Source: Balanoglossus misakiensis
Lineage: Eukaryota > Animalia > Hemichordata
DNA: 64,000 nt
Assembly: GCA_040954595.2 (NCBI GenBank)
Contig: CM082577.2
Coordinates: 16,995,903 to 17,059,902, forward strand
Direction of reading: 5' to 3'
The notes under the pieces were generated by a model. It was not told where the DNA came from, did not search any database, and saw only the letters and a list, made by a program, of their open reading frames with translations. Numbering within the stretch: position 1 is the stretch's first letter; every line of letters begins with the position of its first letter. Below, in pieces: positions 53,264-64,000 of the stretch. The position numbers and the translations under genes were made by a program.

Positions 53264-54515
53264 GGACAATTTTCATTTACTCCAACATTTTTTACATTTG
53301 ATTATACTGCTGATGTCATATGCTTTACACATATTCTTTTGGATTTTCTAATATTTATTTTCAGTGCAGTTTCTTGTTCTTTATGATTTTAGTCTTTGAA
53401 TTTTTGAAAGCTGCACTTCACAATTATTGTTACTTTGGATGCATACCATTTTCTCTAAAACTTCACATTTTGATAAGGAACTTCTAAGGTGATAACCAAC
53501 GAAAGTGTTAAAGGGTTATCACTTACATCAGCAATATTTATTTTAACCATTTTTCAACTTACTTGTCAATGGTCATTTTCATCCAGAGACAAAGCCAGGA
53601 CATGTGGCCAATGGCAATTTCCCGTGACAAGAAGATCTGCCTTTGAAGCTCACCAATATATTCATACTTCTTTGGTTCTAGCACAGGGGTCGGATAGAAT
53701 TTCTTTGACTGCTTGGAGTATATTACTTGCAGATACTGGTAACTTTAAAGCAATTAAGAAACATGACAGATTTATATAGCATATGCAAAGGCCTATTAAA
53801 AACCAAAATTTTGCAAACTGAAGTAAAGTTTAAGTGATCTTTTGTATACAAAGATCAACCTACAGTTCTGAGATGAAAATTAAGCTAAAATAGGAAATGA
53901 CCATTCTTTGCCACATCAAAAATATTACTGACTGGATTGTCTTTCTAGAGTAAACTCTTTAACAACATTACGGTCTGACATTATAATTGTTGACAACAGT
54001 TTTGAATGAACAATTTATTAAAATACCCAGCACCTAGCCAAAACAACGTCCGCATTGACAACCCATGTGCTATAATCCGCGATTTGATATTTGTATTTTG
54101 TTCAAAGTCACTGACAATATATATGGATCTTTGCCAAAAACAGAGAGAAAACATGCCCTACAATGTGCATAAAGTAAATAGTTCGGAAATAGCAAGCATT
54201 GCTGCTACCCAAATTTTCTTACAATTGTATATATGTTACTATATTTAAATGTACAAGAATGTACGTGGGGGCTAACAGTATGCATGATCACTTTTTGTTG
54301 CCCACTGCCCTAGTACAAGTACATCTCATACGACGAGTTTCTGCCTATGGCTTCGGAGGTGGCGAGGCAATAATGCTGGGTACCCGCCATAATCATACGT
54401 TGGTATATATAGACAGGTTTCTAGATTAGACAGGTTTCGGTTTAGACAGGTTTTACTGTATCAGCTTCCTCACAATACCAGAACAGTATAGATTAATAAA
54501 GGGAATATTCCTGTA

Positions 54516-54718
54516 ACATACATACATACATACATACATACATACATACATACATACATACATACATACATACATACATACATACATACAGACATACAGA
54601 CAGACAGACAGACAGACAGGCATACATACATACATACATACATACATACATACATACATACATACATACATACATACATACATACATACATACATACATA
54701 CATACATACATACATACA

Positions 54719-54748
<30 letters not shown>
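54516..54748. repeat. (TACA)n/(GACA)n microsatellite
   Basis: Directly visible. Confidence 0.95.
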
Positions 54749-54749
<1 letters not shown>

Positions 54750-55488
54750 GTAACCATGATATATGTTTGGGGGAATATATTCTATGTGTGACTATACAGT
54801 TGCCGCATATACTGTACATGTATATCTCCTATCTTTGAGTACCTGTTAGCGAGTGTGTATAGCGCCACCTGTGTTGACATTGAGTTACGTATGCAGTATA
54901 TACAGTCAACATCCCCTGGAAGGTGGCAGTGAAGATCAACAGGAGTTGCAGCCGAAGTTTTGCTGATATAGTGACACAAACTGCATATAATTGGACAAAT
55001 AGTACTAGTATTAACAACTTTAAAGGACCTTGATAAATAGTGACACTGAAGTACACATAGTGAATTTTTTCTACATACCACGTATCGAGAACAGAAAACA
55101 TGGATACTCCTCCACATACACCACCTGACTTTAGAGCCCAATTAGACTGCGTATATACAGGGTATTGACACTGATGCTACCTGTAAAGAATTGACTGATT
55201 TCCTGTCACGTGTTGGCACGGTGACTGACATTGTTTGGCCAGTTGATCCAGAGTCCGTGGGACGCAGTGACCATGCGTTCTGTCGGTTTATGTATCGGCC
55301 AGTTGCACAAGATGCCATTAGAATACTCAACGGACAGCGCTTCCGCGGCAAACAAGTGACGGTTGGGTAGGTGCCTGTGGCCCTGCGTGATAAGCTGAAC
55401 TATGAAATGACACCAGTCCACACTGTACGCCCTGACATGGTTCGTGGAAGCCCCGCCCAAACCGTGAGACCTGTGTTCACCCCAATAA

Positions 55489-56384
55489 GGGAGCCGTCAT
55501 TATTTACGGCCTGGGGGGGTCGGAGGAATTACACTAGAAACTCCAAAATTTTGAGAAACCCCCCCTGCCAAGCATGCAGATTTTGAGAAACCCCCCCCCC
55601 CCCTTCCAACACAGAAATTTCGACTGGCCCCCCCCCCTAAAACCGGAACAACTACATATCAATACATGTATCTGTATTGAACACCTATTGCCCGGCCATG
55701 AGGGCCATATGCTATTTCCCTCGGCCTGCGGCCTCGGGAAATAGCATATGATTCTGGTAACTCACAGCCCCTCGGGTGTAATAAAGGGCCGCTATGGCCC
55801 TCATGGCCAGGCAATAGGTGTTCACTATTACAGTAGTGTAGTAAAAGACCTTTCAACTCCAGGTTCACCCTGCTACATTGTAGGTGATCATCAGTTGCAT
55901 CATGATGGATTGAAAAGGGTGAAACAACAAAACAATCTCAAAGTCACAACTAAATAATGATTACCGTAAAAGCTCACCCATAACCAGTAACCATCAAGTA
56001 GCATTGTGTAATTTGGACAGGCATCGTTAAAAGTCAAAATGATTATCAAACTTTGTTGATATAATAAGGAGATATGTTTTTTATGCATGATCAGGCAAGC
56101 ATGCCAATCCTTTATCAGCAAATTTTGGGAAAAATACTTTGACAGTGCAGTGTGGACACTCTGGTGTTCCGCGACCTCCGGTCGCGGAGCGCTGCAGCAC
56201 TTGCACAGCACACAACTAAATCTTTCAGTTGAAAAACTTTGATACATTTCCCAAAAATGAGTGACCCCCCTCTTCATCTACAATTTTTGAGAACCCCCCC
56301 CCCTGCAGCCTTCCAATTTTTGAGTAACCCCCCCCCCCCCTTCATTCCTCCGACCCCCCCAGGCCATAAATAATGACGGCTCCC
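55489..56384. mobile_element. PIF/Harbinger-type MITE inserted in Gypsy gag
   Basis: TAA TSD at 55486-55488 and 56385-56387; ~40-bp TIR GGGAGCCGTCATTATTTAYGGCCTGGGGGGGTCGGAGGAAT. Confidence 0.85.
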
Positions 56385-58404
56385 TAAAGGCAGGCCCATG
56401 CCCAAAGTTGAATTTTGATGGCGAACTAGGCAACACTGGTGAAGTGAGTAAAGCAGAACTTGATCGCATGATTGACATCGTACGTAAATCCGGTCATGAT
56501 GTCAGCCCAGTGAGTCAACCAGTAGGGGTCACAAGCAGTCCGACAGTTTCATGTCGCATTACCCCCGACAAACACACTGTCATGTTACCAGCCGCACTGT
56601 TTCAGCCACCACGGATTACCACTTTCTCTGGTGATCCAAAGAGTAAAGGAGACTCAGACTTTGAAACATGGAAGTATGAAATTGAGTGTCTGCAGAAAGA
56701 TGGCACCCACAGCAGAGAAATACTTACCGCAGCTGTCCGTAAATCATTGCGTGGTGATGCAGCGAAGGTGGTAATGCATATGGGGGTGGATACATCTGTG
56801 GACGCTATTTTGACAAAACTTGGTGGCATATACGGCGTGGTTTAAACTGGTGCCAGCTTCTACAGCAGTTTTACAATAGCAAACAGGAAGACAAAGAGAC
56901 AGTAGCAGGATATGGGTGTTGTCTGGAGCTGGCCATTAATAAAGCAAAAGAAAGAGGTGGAATAGCAGCCACGGCAGTCGATGAAGCCCTCAGAACCGTA
57001 TTTTGGAAAGGTTTACGCGAAGAAAGAGTAAAAAATGTTGCACGACACCGCTATGACATGGCAAAGTCCTTTGATGAACTTCTTCGTATTGTCCGGTCAG
57101 CAGAACAGGAAGTGAAGGAGACATTTGGCGGTGGTAAACCATCACACTCCGGTGGTTCTTATCAGTCCATCGCTCGCAGTCAGACGGAGTCTGAGGATAT
57201 GGAAGGCAACCCTGTTATGAACGAAATATGACAGCACGTCCAGTCCTTAGCAGCTAGACTTGACAAGATGGAAAATAGAGGTGACAGTGCCAAGGCAACA
57301 CCGCAAGATGCGCCCGCACAACAAGGTCGGGGAAGGGGTAGGCCCAGGGAGAGAAGACCTTCCGATCAAGGGGCTAGTACAAGGAGACCGAGAGAGAAAA
57401 GTCCAGAAGGCACTGGTCGCATACCTGGACCCATACGCTGTTTTAGGTGTGGACAGGAAGGACATATAGCCAGAGGTTGCAGAAACCCAAGAGTAGACAA
57501 TACCAAAAATGAATCCACCGAGCCAGTTCAGTTAAACCCGGAGCTGCCTCCACCACAGTGGGGGAATCCTTCTACAGAAGTAACCTATCGTCCTGCCCAA
57601 TACACCCAATTGAAGAACTTTTGACAATTACTGGTGCACAGGGCCAAGAGGTTGAATTCCTTGGTTACATAGAGACACAAATTTCTTTCCCCAGCGATGT
57701 GTTCGGGTCCGACAGAGCCTTTGATGTATTAGTACTAGTGGTGCTGGACACGGCCTACAACCTTGAGGTGCCCTTATGTGTTGGTACCAATCTCATTAAT
57801 CAGTATCGTAGATGTAGTAGAACATATCATCAGGGAAGCAGGGCCGTCCAGACTATGCGTATATCAGCCACTGTCCGGGATGCCTACAACCATTTGAATA
57901 TGAGAGACAAATTTTGTGGAGAAAATGGTAATCTGGGGGTGGTGAGAGCTCAGTTGCGCCGCCCAGTGAGAGTCGACCCAAGTACTGTTGTCAACATTTC
58001 CGGCAAAGGTAAACCCGGCCCGAAGGGCGATGAATATATTGTTACGGTTGAACCAAAGAAGGGAAGAGACTTAGTTTAGTTTAGTTTAGTTTAGTTTGGT
58101 TAGGGACTAAATATCCTGAGATAATGATGTCCCATCAGAGTCTAGTTCGGAAGTACTGGTCAATAAATGAAAAGTCAATGATGCCCATAGATAAGAGTCC
58201 GGCAATGAGTTCCAATTCTCTAGTATAGTTCAGAGTTCAATATTCATGTAACTATCCGCCATGGTGTAATACACACTGTGACACATAAATAAATAAATGA
58301 TTCATCATTCTCACTAATAAATTCTCGAAATAAAGTCTCACAAAATAGTTCAATAGCAGGTTCTCTGACGCGAACAGGGAAACAGTTCACTCTGGTATAA
58401 TCCA

Positions 58405-61371
58405 TCAAATTCTGGTTTGGAAGTGATGGTCAATGTTATTTTTGAAATCGTTGACATCCTTAGATAGCACAACATCGTCCGGTAATGAGTTCCATTCTTT
58501 AACAACGCGAACAGGGAAACTGTTCTTTCTTATGTCCAATCTAGCAAAGCTCTGGTGTAGTTTGGCAGTGTGACCTCTTGTAGGTGCATATAAGCATCTC
58601 TGTAATGACAAATTGCAGCTGTCAATGTTATTGATAATTTTATACACCTGCAACATATCTCCACGGATCCGACGGGTTTCCAGTGTTGTTAAACGTAGAA
58701 TATGCAACCTTTCAGTGTATGGTTTATCCTGAAGTCCGTCTATGTATTTGGTAACTCTTCTTTGAACCTTTTCTAAAGCTATAATGTCCTTCTGTAACCA
58801 TGGTGACCAACCTTGTGAGGCGTATTCCAAGTGGGGTCTGATGAACTGTTTATACAAACGAAGAATGATGCCCTTGGAGCGTAGTGTGAATGACCTTTTT
58901 ATCATACCAAAGACTCGGTTGGCTTTTTTCACTGCCTCAGTACACTGTCTGCTGGGCTTAAGAGAATTATGGATTATTACACCAACATCCTTTTCTTCAT
59001 CAACTGCAGTCAGGGTGATATCCCTCATAGTATACTGCAACTTGGGATTCTTACAGCCCACATGCACAACTTTACATTTTGATACGTTGAATTCCATCAG
59101 CCATTTTTCAGACCACTCAACAAGATGATTCAAATCACTCTGCAGAAGTAAATGATCATTAGCATCATCAATTTTCCTGTAAATTTTAGTGTCGTCAGCA
59201 AATTTCTTGATATGTGAGTGGATTCCAATATCAATGTCATTGATGAACATTAGGAAAAGCACTGGGCCCAACACTGAACCTTGTGGTACCCCACTGGTTA
59301 CTGGTTTCCATGGAGAATAACTTCCCTTCACTACCACACGCTGTTGCCTATTAGATAGCCACTCTCTGATCCAGGCAGCTGTATCACCAACTATACCATG
59401 TTGTTGTACTTTGATTAGTAGCCTGTTATGGGGAACCTTATCAAAAGCTTTAGCAAAATCCAGATATATGACATCAACAGGGAATCCTTCATCTGTATAT
59501 GTTGTAACCTCATCAAGAAATTCTAGTAGGTTCGTTACGCAGGATTTCCCAGGTGTGAAGCCGTGTTGAGATGGAAGAATTAGCCGGTGCTCATTTAGAT
59601 GATTAACAATACTATCCCTCAGACATGACTCCATCAACTTGCATACAACAGATGTCAGGCTGACCGGTCTGTAGTTACTAGGTGCTGACTTCTTTCCTTT
59701 CTTAAAAATAGGACATACATTGGCCATTCTCCATTCCAATGGTACCGACTTCTCTTTTAGTGATCTATTAAAGAGTATTGTCAAGGGATATACTAATTCG
59801 TGTAAACATTCGTGGAGTACGCAAGCTGAAATTTGGTCGGGACCTGGCGCCTTGTGCACATTCAGTTTCCTGATCTTTGACTCAACAAGGCTCTGTTGTA
59901 TTGTCACCTCTGGCATTACTGGATTGGTATCTGATACGGTGTCTGGAGCACATGTGGGTTCCTCAGTGAAAACTGATGAGAAGAAGTCATTTAGGACTTC
60001 AGCAATGTGTACACTTGATGAGACTGGTTCTCCATTATCCTTGATCAGAGGACCTACAGATTCCTTAATTTTCTGTTTGGATCTAATGTATGAATAGAAA
60101 AGTCTGGGTTTGTCCTTCATATTTGTTACCAACATAGATTCAAAGCTCCGCTTTGCTTCTTTAATCTTCCTAGTAGTTAAGTTCCTGTGTTGTTTATACT
60201 TTAGGTAATCTGTTTCATCATTGGAAATGCAGAACCTCTTCCAGAGTTTGTGTTTCTTGCGTATAATATGCAGTGTTTCTCTAGCTAACCATTTGGGTTT
60301 ATTCTTCCTTGGTCTTTTCCTCATAGGAATACATTCTTTCATTAGATCAACAACTGAATTTCTGAAGAAGTCCCAGCAGTCATCAAGGGGAGCGGCAGTA
60401 TCAGCGAGATGTTCATTCCAGTCAATTAGTCTCAGTTCACATTTAAGTCTCTCATAATCAGCATTACGGATATCAGGAATAAGTACATCCTCCTGGCTGA
60501 TAACTGACTCAATCTGGATCTCAAATTCAATTATCACATGGTCACTGCAACCCAGATGACCCATCTGAGTACATTCACTGATCATGTTAGGCTCCGAAGA
60601 GAAAATCAAGTCTAAGCAGTTGTTAGCTCTAGTAGGAAAGTCCACGTTTTGTGTCAGGCAACAATCCTGTATACAATCCAAAAAAGCTTCTCCATGGCAG
60701 CCACTGCTAAGTTGGTTCCAGTCGATGTCCGGAAAATTAAAGTCACCAACAATAACCATGTGCTGCGAAGACATTTCCATTAACATCTTTAAAAGTTTGT
60801 CATTGTTTTCCTGAGTGCTGTTTGGAGACCTATATATTGTGCTAAAAACCAGTGGAGTTGAGCTCGGAGTTAGCTGTATTGTGCACCATACTGAGTTTGA
60901 AAACGGATTGTCCTCCAGAATGTGCAATTCGTTTGTATCTAGGCCATCTTTGACAAAAATCAGAACACCTCCACCCCTCCCTCCATGTGTGTCTTCTCTA
61001 TCCTGTCTTAATATTGTGCTGTATCCTGGAATGGTCAGTTCAGAGTTATTAATATCACTGTGTGTCCACGATTCTGTTAAAGCAACTATATCAAAATTCT
61101 TCTCTGCTAACACAGCTTCCAGTTCGTCTCGTTTATTCATAATACTCTGTACATTTGTGTACATACATTTTAATGTACTGTCTCTTCCCCTTGGTAAGCT
61201 TCCATTACTGTCACGGCTGAGTTTAGAAGTGCTTGTAGTATTAGTGGTATTTACAATGTTATCTGCACAGACACTCATGCTTGGATTTCTACTGGAATCG
61301 TCAGTTGTATATACAAGTCTCTTCTTCCTCTTTTCATTACTATTTACAGTTTGGCATCTGCCCATCTTCAT
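58405..61371 (-). CDS. LINE ORF2: AP endonuclease + reverse transcriptase, 988 aa
   Basis: YTNVQS, LTESW, GDFNFP, SDH; KAPGPD, NYRPVSLTS, YLDFAKAFDKVPH, SGVPQGSVLGP, FADD. Confidence 0.95.
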   Translation of the reverse strand: MKMGRCQTVNSNEKRKKRLVYTTDDSSRNPSMSVCADNIVNTTNTTSTSKLSRDSNGSLPRGRDSTLKCMYTNVQSIMNKRDELEAVLAEKNFDIVALTESWTHSDINNSELTIPGYSTILRQDREDTHGGRGGGVLIFVKDGLDTNELHILEDNPFSNSVWCTIQLTPSSTPLVFSTIYRSPNSTQENNDKLLKMLMEMSSQHMVIVGDFNFPDIDWNQLSSGCHGEAFLDCIQDCCLTQNVDFPTRANNCLDLIFSSEPNMISECTQMGHLGCSDHVIIEFEIQIESVISQEDVLIPDIRNADYERLKCELRLIDWNEHLADTAAPLDDCWDFFRNSVVDLMKECIPMRKRPRKNKPKWLARETLHIIRKKHKLWKRFCISNDETDYLKYKQHRNLTTRKIKEAKRSFESMLVTNMKDKPRLFYSYIRSKQKIKESVGPLIKDNGEPVSSSVHIAEVLNDFFSSVFTEEPTCAPDTVSDTNPVMPEVTIQQSLVESKIRKLNVHKAPGPDQISACVLHECLHELVYPLTILFNRSLKEKSVPLEWRMANVCPIFKKGKKSAPSNYRPVSLTSVVCKLMESCLRDSIVNHLNEHRLILPSQHGFTPGKSCVTNLLEFLDEVTTYTDEGFPVDVIYLDFAKAFDKVPHNRLLIKVQQHGIVGDTAAWIREWLSNRQQRVVVKGSYSPWKPVTSGVPQGSVLGPVLFLMFINDIDIGIHSHIKKFADDTKIYRKIDDANDHLLLQSDLNHLVEWSEKWLMEFNVSKCKVVHVGCKNPKLQYTMRDITLTAVDEEKDVGVIIHNSLKPSRQCTEAVKKANRVFGMIKRSFTLRSKGIILRLYKQFIRPHLEYASQGWSPWLQKDIIALEKVQRRVTKYIDGLQDKPYTERLHILRLTTLETRRIRGDMLQVYKIINNIDSCNLSLQRCLYAPTRGHTAKLHQSFARLDIRKNSFPVRVVKEWNSLPDDVVLSKDVNDFKNNIDHHFQTRI

Positions 61372-62243
61372 TACTTTTTTGCATCATGAGGTACTCTGGT
61401 AATTATCTTCCCTCTATAAATTTTTAATTTCTCTTCCCCGTTCTCTTTTCTTCTCTTTAGTTCTGCTCTGAGCTGTCTATTAATTTCTCGTTCATGTTTG
61501 GTAAAGTCTGGTGTAATGTACACTTTCTGGTACTCAATGTTCTTACTATCTTTCAAGTTTATGGCCTTCTGCAGCACTTTGGAGCGAAACTGCTGGTTCT
61601 GGAATTCCACTCTGATAGGTCTTGCATAATTACCATCGTCTTGTTGTTTTCCCAGTCTCTGTGTCTGAAATCCCTCTTCTACTGTTAGACCGATATCTCT
61701 AAAAATATCTTTCACCACATCTTCGTCATCTCTGTCGGTGTCCTCCTTGCAATTCTTTATAATGACGTTTGTTCGTCGCTTCACTTTCTCTAGCTCCTCG
61801 TGGACGCCATCTTGAATCATACTTGGGATCTTTTCGGTATTTTCTTTTAACTCTTCCACTGTAGTTTGCAAAGCCGTCACATCATTCTGCATATCATTTT
61901 GTCGCTGTTCCAAACTGGTAAGTTTAGCCATGATATTAGCCGCACAACTATTACACTTGTTGCAGTACCAGTGTATCGGACTTTGATCGTCATTGGCGTT
62001 AACACTTAGGAAATTGTATACTTCTCGTGTTAGACCCTCACAGCCAATATGGTGAAAGTACTTGCAAATTCCACATACTAGTGCAGCATCGCTTTCTTTA
62101 ATCTCCTTCTTACACGTACCGCATGCACAGTTCGCTACATCCTTGGTCCTTTCCGACCTTGACTTCGAAGATGCACTGCCACGCCTTGTCATCATGGGGG
62201 CCGCCATCTTGAATAGTGTTACGTTGTAGGTATCAGCGCTCAC
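61371..62243 (-). CDS. LINE ORF1: PHD finger + coiled coil + RNA-binding region
   Basis: CGTC...CGIC...H..C...WYCNKC, coiled coil, RRTNVII, RLGK..RPIRVEF, VYITPDFT..ER. Confidence 0.9.
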   Translation of the reverse strand: MSADTYNVTLFKMAAPMMTRRGSASSKSRSERTKDVANCACGTCKKEIKESDAALVCGICKYFHHIGCEGLTREVYNFLSVNANDDQSPIHWYCNKCNSCAANIMAKLTSLEQRQNDMQNDVTALQTTVEELKENTEKIPSMIQDGVHEELEKVKRRTNVIIKNCKEDTDRDDEDVVKDIFRDIGLTVEEGFQTQRLGKQQDDGNYARPIRVEFQNQQFRSKVLQKAINLKDSKNIEYQKVYITPDFTKHEREINRQLRAELKRRKENGEEKLKIYRGKIITRVPHDAKK

Positions 62244-62434
62244 ACACTAAATCGTGTCGGGAGGCCTCCAATGACCATAAAAACTGAAGCTACTTGTCCA
62301 GGGGCATCAGGAAACACCAGCAGACACTACCATAACATTACATGTGAGATTCTTCGATAGAACCCATGAATAACTCTCAAAAACATCGGAGCACGTAAAC
62401 AGCTTGACCAGCACAACCGCAGCGCCCTCACTTA

Positions 62435-64000
62435 CCTGGCAACCTTGTGGCCAGTCCTTCAGTGTTGACTATGAGGTGTACCGGAAAGAGGAGTAAATTG
62501 ACCGTACAGATGCACAATTTTTCCAATAAAAGTATGATCATCAGACCTGGAGACGTCCTTGGTGAGATACATGCCGTCACCTGGGTAGGGACACCTGTAG
62601 ATCACCAGGCAGGGATGCACCAAACAACTGTCACCAGTAGTGATGGTCCAGACGAAGACATATTTGACTCAGAAACTGAAATTGACTTAAGCCATTCATC
62701 TCTCGATCGTTCTCAGTGTGAATTAGCTCAAGAACTATTGAAGAGGAAATCAGATGTATTCTCTAAACACGAGAATGACCTCGGGTATTGTACAGCAGTG
62801 AAACACGAAATACCCCTAATCGACCCCCAGCCTATTCGTCAGAGACACCGCCGAATACCGCCTGCCATGTATGATGAAGTGAGGTCCCTCCTTCAAGGTA
62901 TGCTAGCCAGTGGAGCCATTCGCGAGTCCAGCAGTCCATGGGCATCACCCATCGTACTTGTTCGCAAAAAGGATGGCAGTATCCGCCTTTGCATAGACTA
63001 TAGAAAGCTGAACCCAAAAACCATCAAAGACTCCTATGCTATGCCCAGGATAGAAGAGAGCATGGACGCTTTGAAGGGAGCGAAGTGGTTTTCCACAATT
63101 GACTTGAAAAGTGGTTATTGGCAAATCGGCATGGCCGATGAGGACAGAGCCAAGACTGCATTTACTACACCCTTTGGATTTTATGAGTGCAACTGGATGC
63201 CATTTGGATTGACCAATGCGCCGAGCACATTTCAGAGGCTGATGGAGAGATGTATGGGGGACTATAACCTTAACATATGCCTTGTGTACCTTGATGACGT
63301 AATCATCCTTTCCCGCACTTTTGTAGAGCACCTCCATGGACTTGAGATTGTCCTTGATCGCCTCCAGGAGTATGGTCTGAAAGTGAAAGCATCGAAGTGC
63401 CAACTGTTCCGATCTGAAGTAAAATATCTGGGTCACGTGGTGTCGGCTGATGGCGTAAGGACCGACCCAGACAAAGTTGAGGCACTCAAGACATGGCCGG
63501 TCCCCAGGAATGTACATGAGGTGAAATCCTTTCTGGGCTTTGCAGGCTACTATCGGAGATTTGTTCCTGGCTTCTCAAAACTTGCAAAACCACTGAACGA
63601 CTTTACAGTTGGGCTCCCCACCAGACACAAGAATCGTAACAAAACATTAACTGCACAGAGCCGTGAGTTTGTTTGGACACACCAGTGCCAAGCTGCGTTC
63701 GAGGATATAATTGAAAAACTATCGAGTCCACCTGTGCTTGCATATGCCGACTACCACGCCGCATTCGAACTTCACACTGATGCCAGCCTAAATGGTCTTG
63801 GGGCCGCCCTATACCAAGAACAAGACGGCAAGAAACGAGTCGTTGCCTATGCGAGCAGGGGCTTATCACAAAGCGAAAGGAACTATCAAGCCCATAGACT
63901 CGAGTTTCTAGCCCTTAAATGGGCAGTCACTGACAAGTTCCATGACTATTTGTATGGGAATCCATTCAAGGTTGTCACTGATAACAACCCTCTGACCTAC
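62435..64000 (+). CDS. Gypsy pol (RT, RNase H), partial
   Basis: Canonical RT and RNase H motifs in a frame that appears open to the window edge. Confidence 0.85.

Larger units (their letters stand above)
58074..62429 (-). mobile_element. Full-length CR1-like LINE inserted in Gypsy pol
   Basis: TSD ACTTA at 58069-58073 and 62430-62434; (CTAAA)n 3' tail; two intact ORFs; removal restores Gypsy ...GRDL|PGNL. Confidence 0.9.
54749..64000 (+). mobile_element. Gypsy/Ty3 LTR retrotransposon with disrupted gag, running off the window end
   Basis: PNMA-like gag (FSGD...DFETWKYE...SLRG.AA), knuckle CFRCGQEGHIARGC, protease-region remnant, RT (SPWASPIVLVRKKDGSIRLCIDYR, YLDD) and RNase H (LHTDAS, VAYASR, LEFLALKWAV). 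Possible 5' LTR starts TGTAAC at 54749, but no canonical PBS was seen, so that boundary is weak. Confidence 0.85.

Noticed and set aside
54453-54819. MYVC-repeat ORFs, also at 6386-6978
   Set aside because: (TACA)n microsatellite artefacts.
54749-55075. Defined 5' LTR with primer-binding site
   Set aside because: A TG start is present, but there is no TGG-type PBS and the 3' LTR lies outside the window, so it is not reported as a separate feature.
58784-61402. Plus-strand ORFs overlapping LINE ORF2 (likewise minus-strand ORFs over Gypsy pol)
   Set aside because: Antisense shadows of real coding frames.

Overview
AT-rich animal genomic DNA with GT-AG introns, probably a marine invertebrate (inferred from the TE repertoire). 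It is almost entirely nested transposable elements and I recognise no host gene. Mostly decayed elements include Harbinger, Crypton, two piggyBac, Tx1, two hAT-like, ISL2EU/THAP, Kolobok-associated and Gypsy, plus several MITEs; a full-length CR1-like LINE is intact. The stand-out is an apparently intact 16.9-kb Mutator/foldback-type DNA transposon (25989-42873, TSD TTGTCCCA) with ~1.8-kb TIRs and two convergent spliced genes that the ORF track misses or fragments. One is a 6-exon MULE-SWIM transposase (~764 aa). The other is a 17-exon ~513-aa fusion of a Ulp1/SENP-type cysteine protease, a PHD-like finger and a divergent AP-2 (TFAP2) DNA-binding domain. The TIRs contain 83-bp tandem repeats, each with two TGCCCTNAGGGCA palindromes (GCC-N5-GGC, a TFAP2-type site). 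The element therefore appears to encode a captured transcription-factor domain together with arrays of its candidate binding sites. All domain calls come from reading motifs by eye and manual exon assembly; no database search was run.
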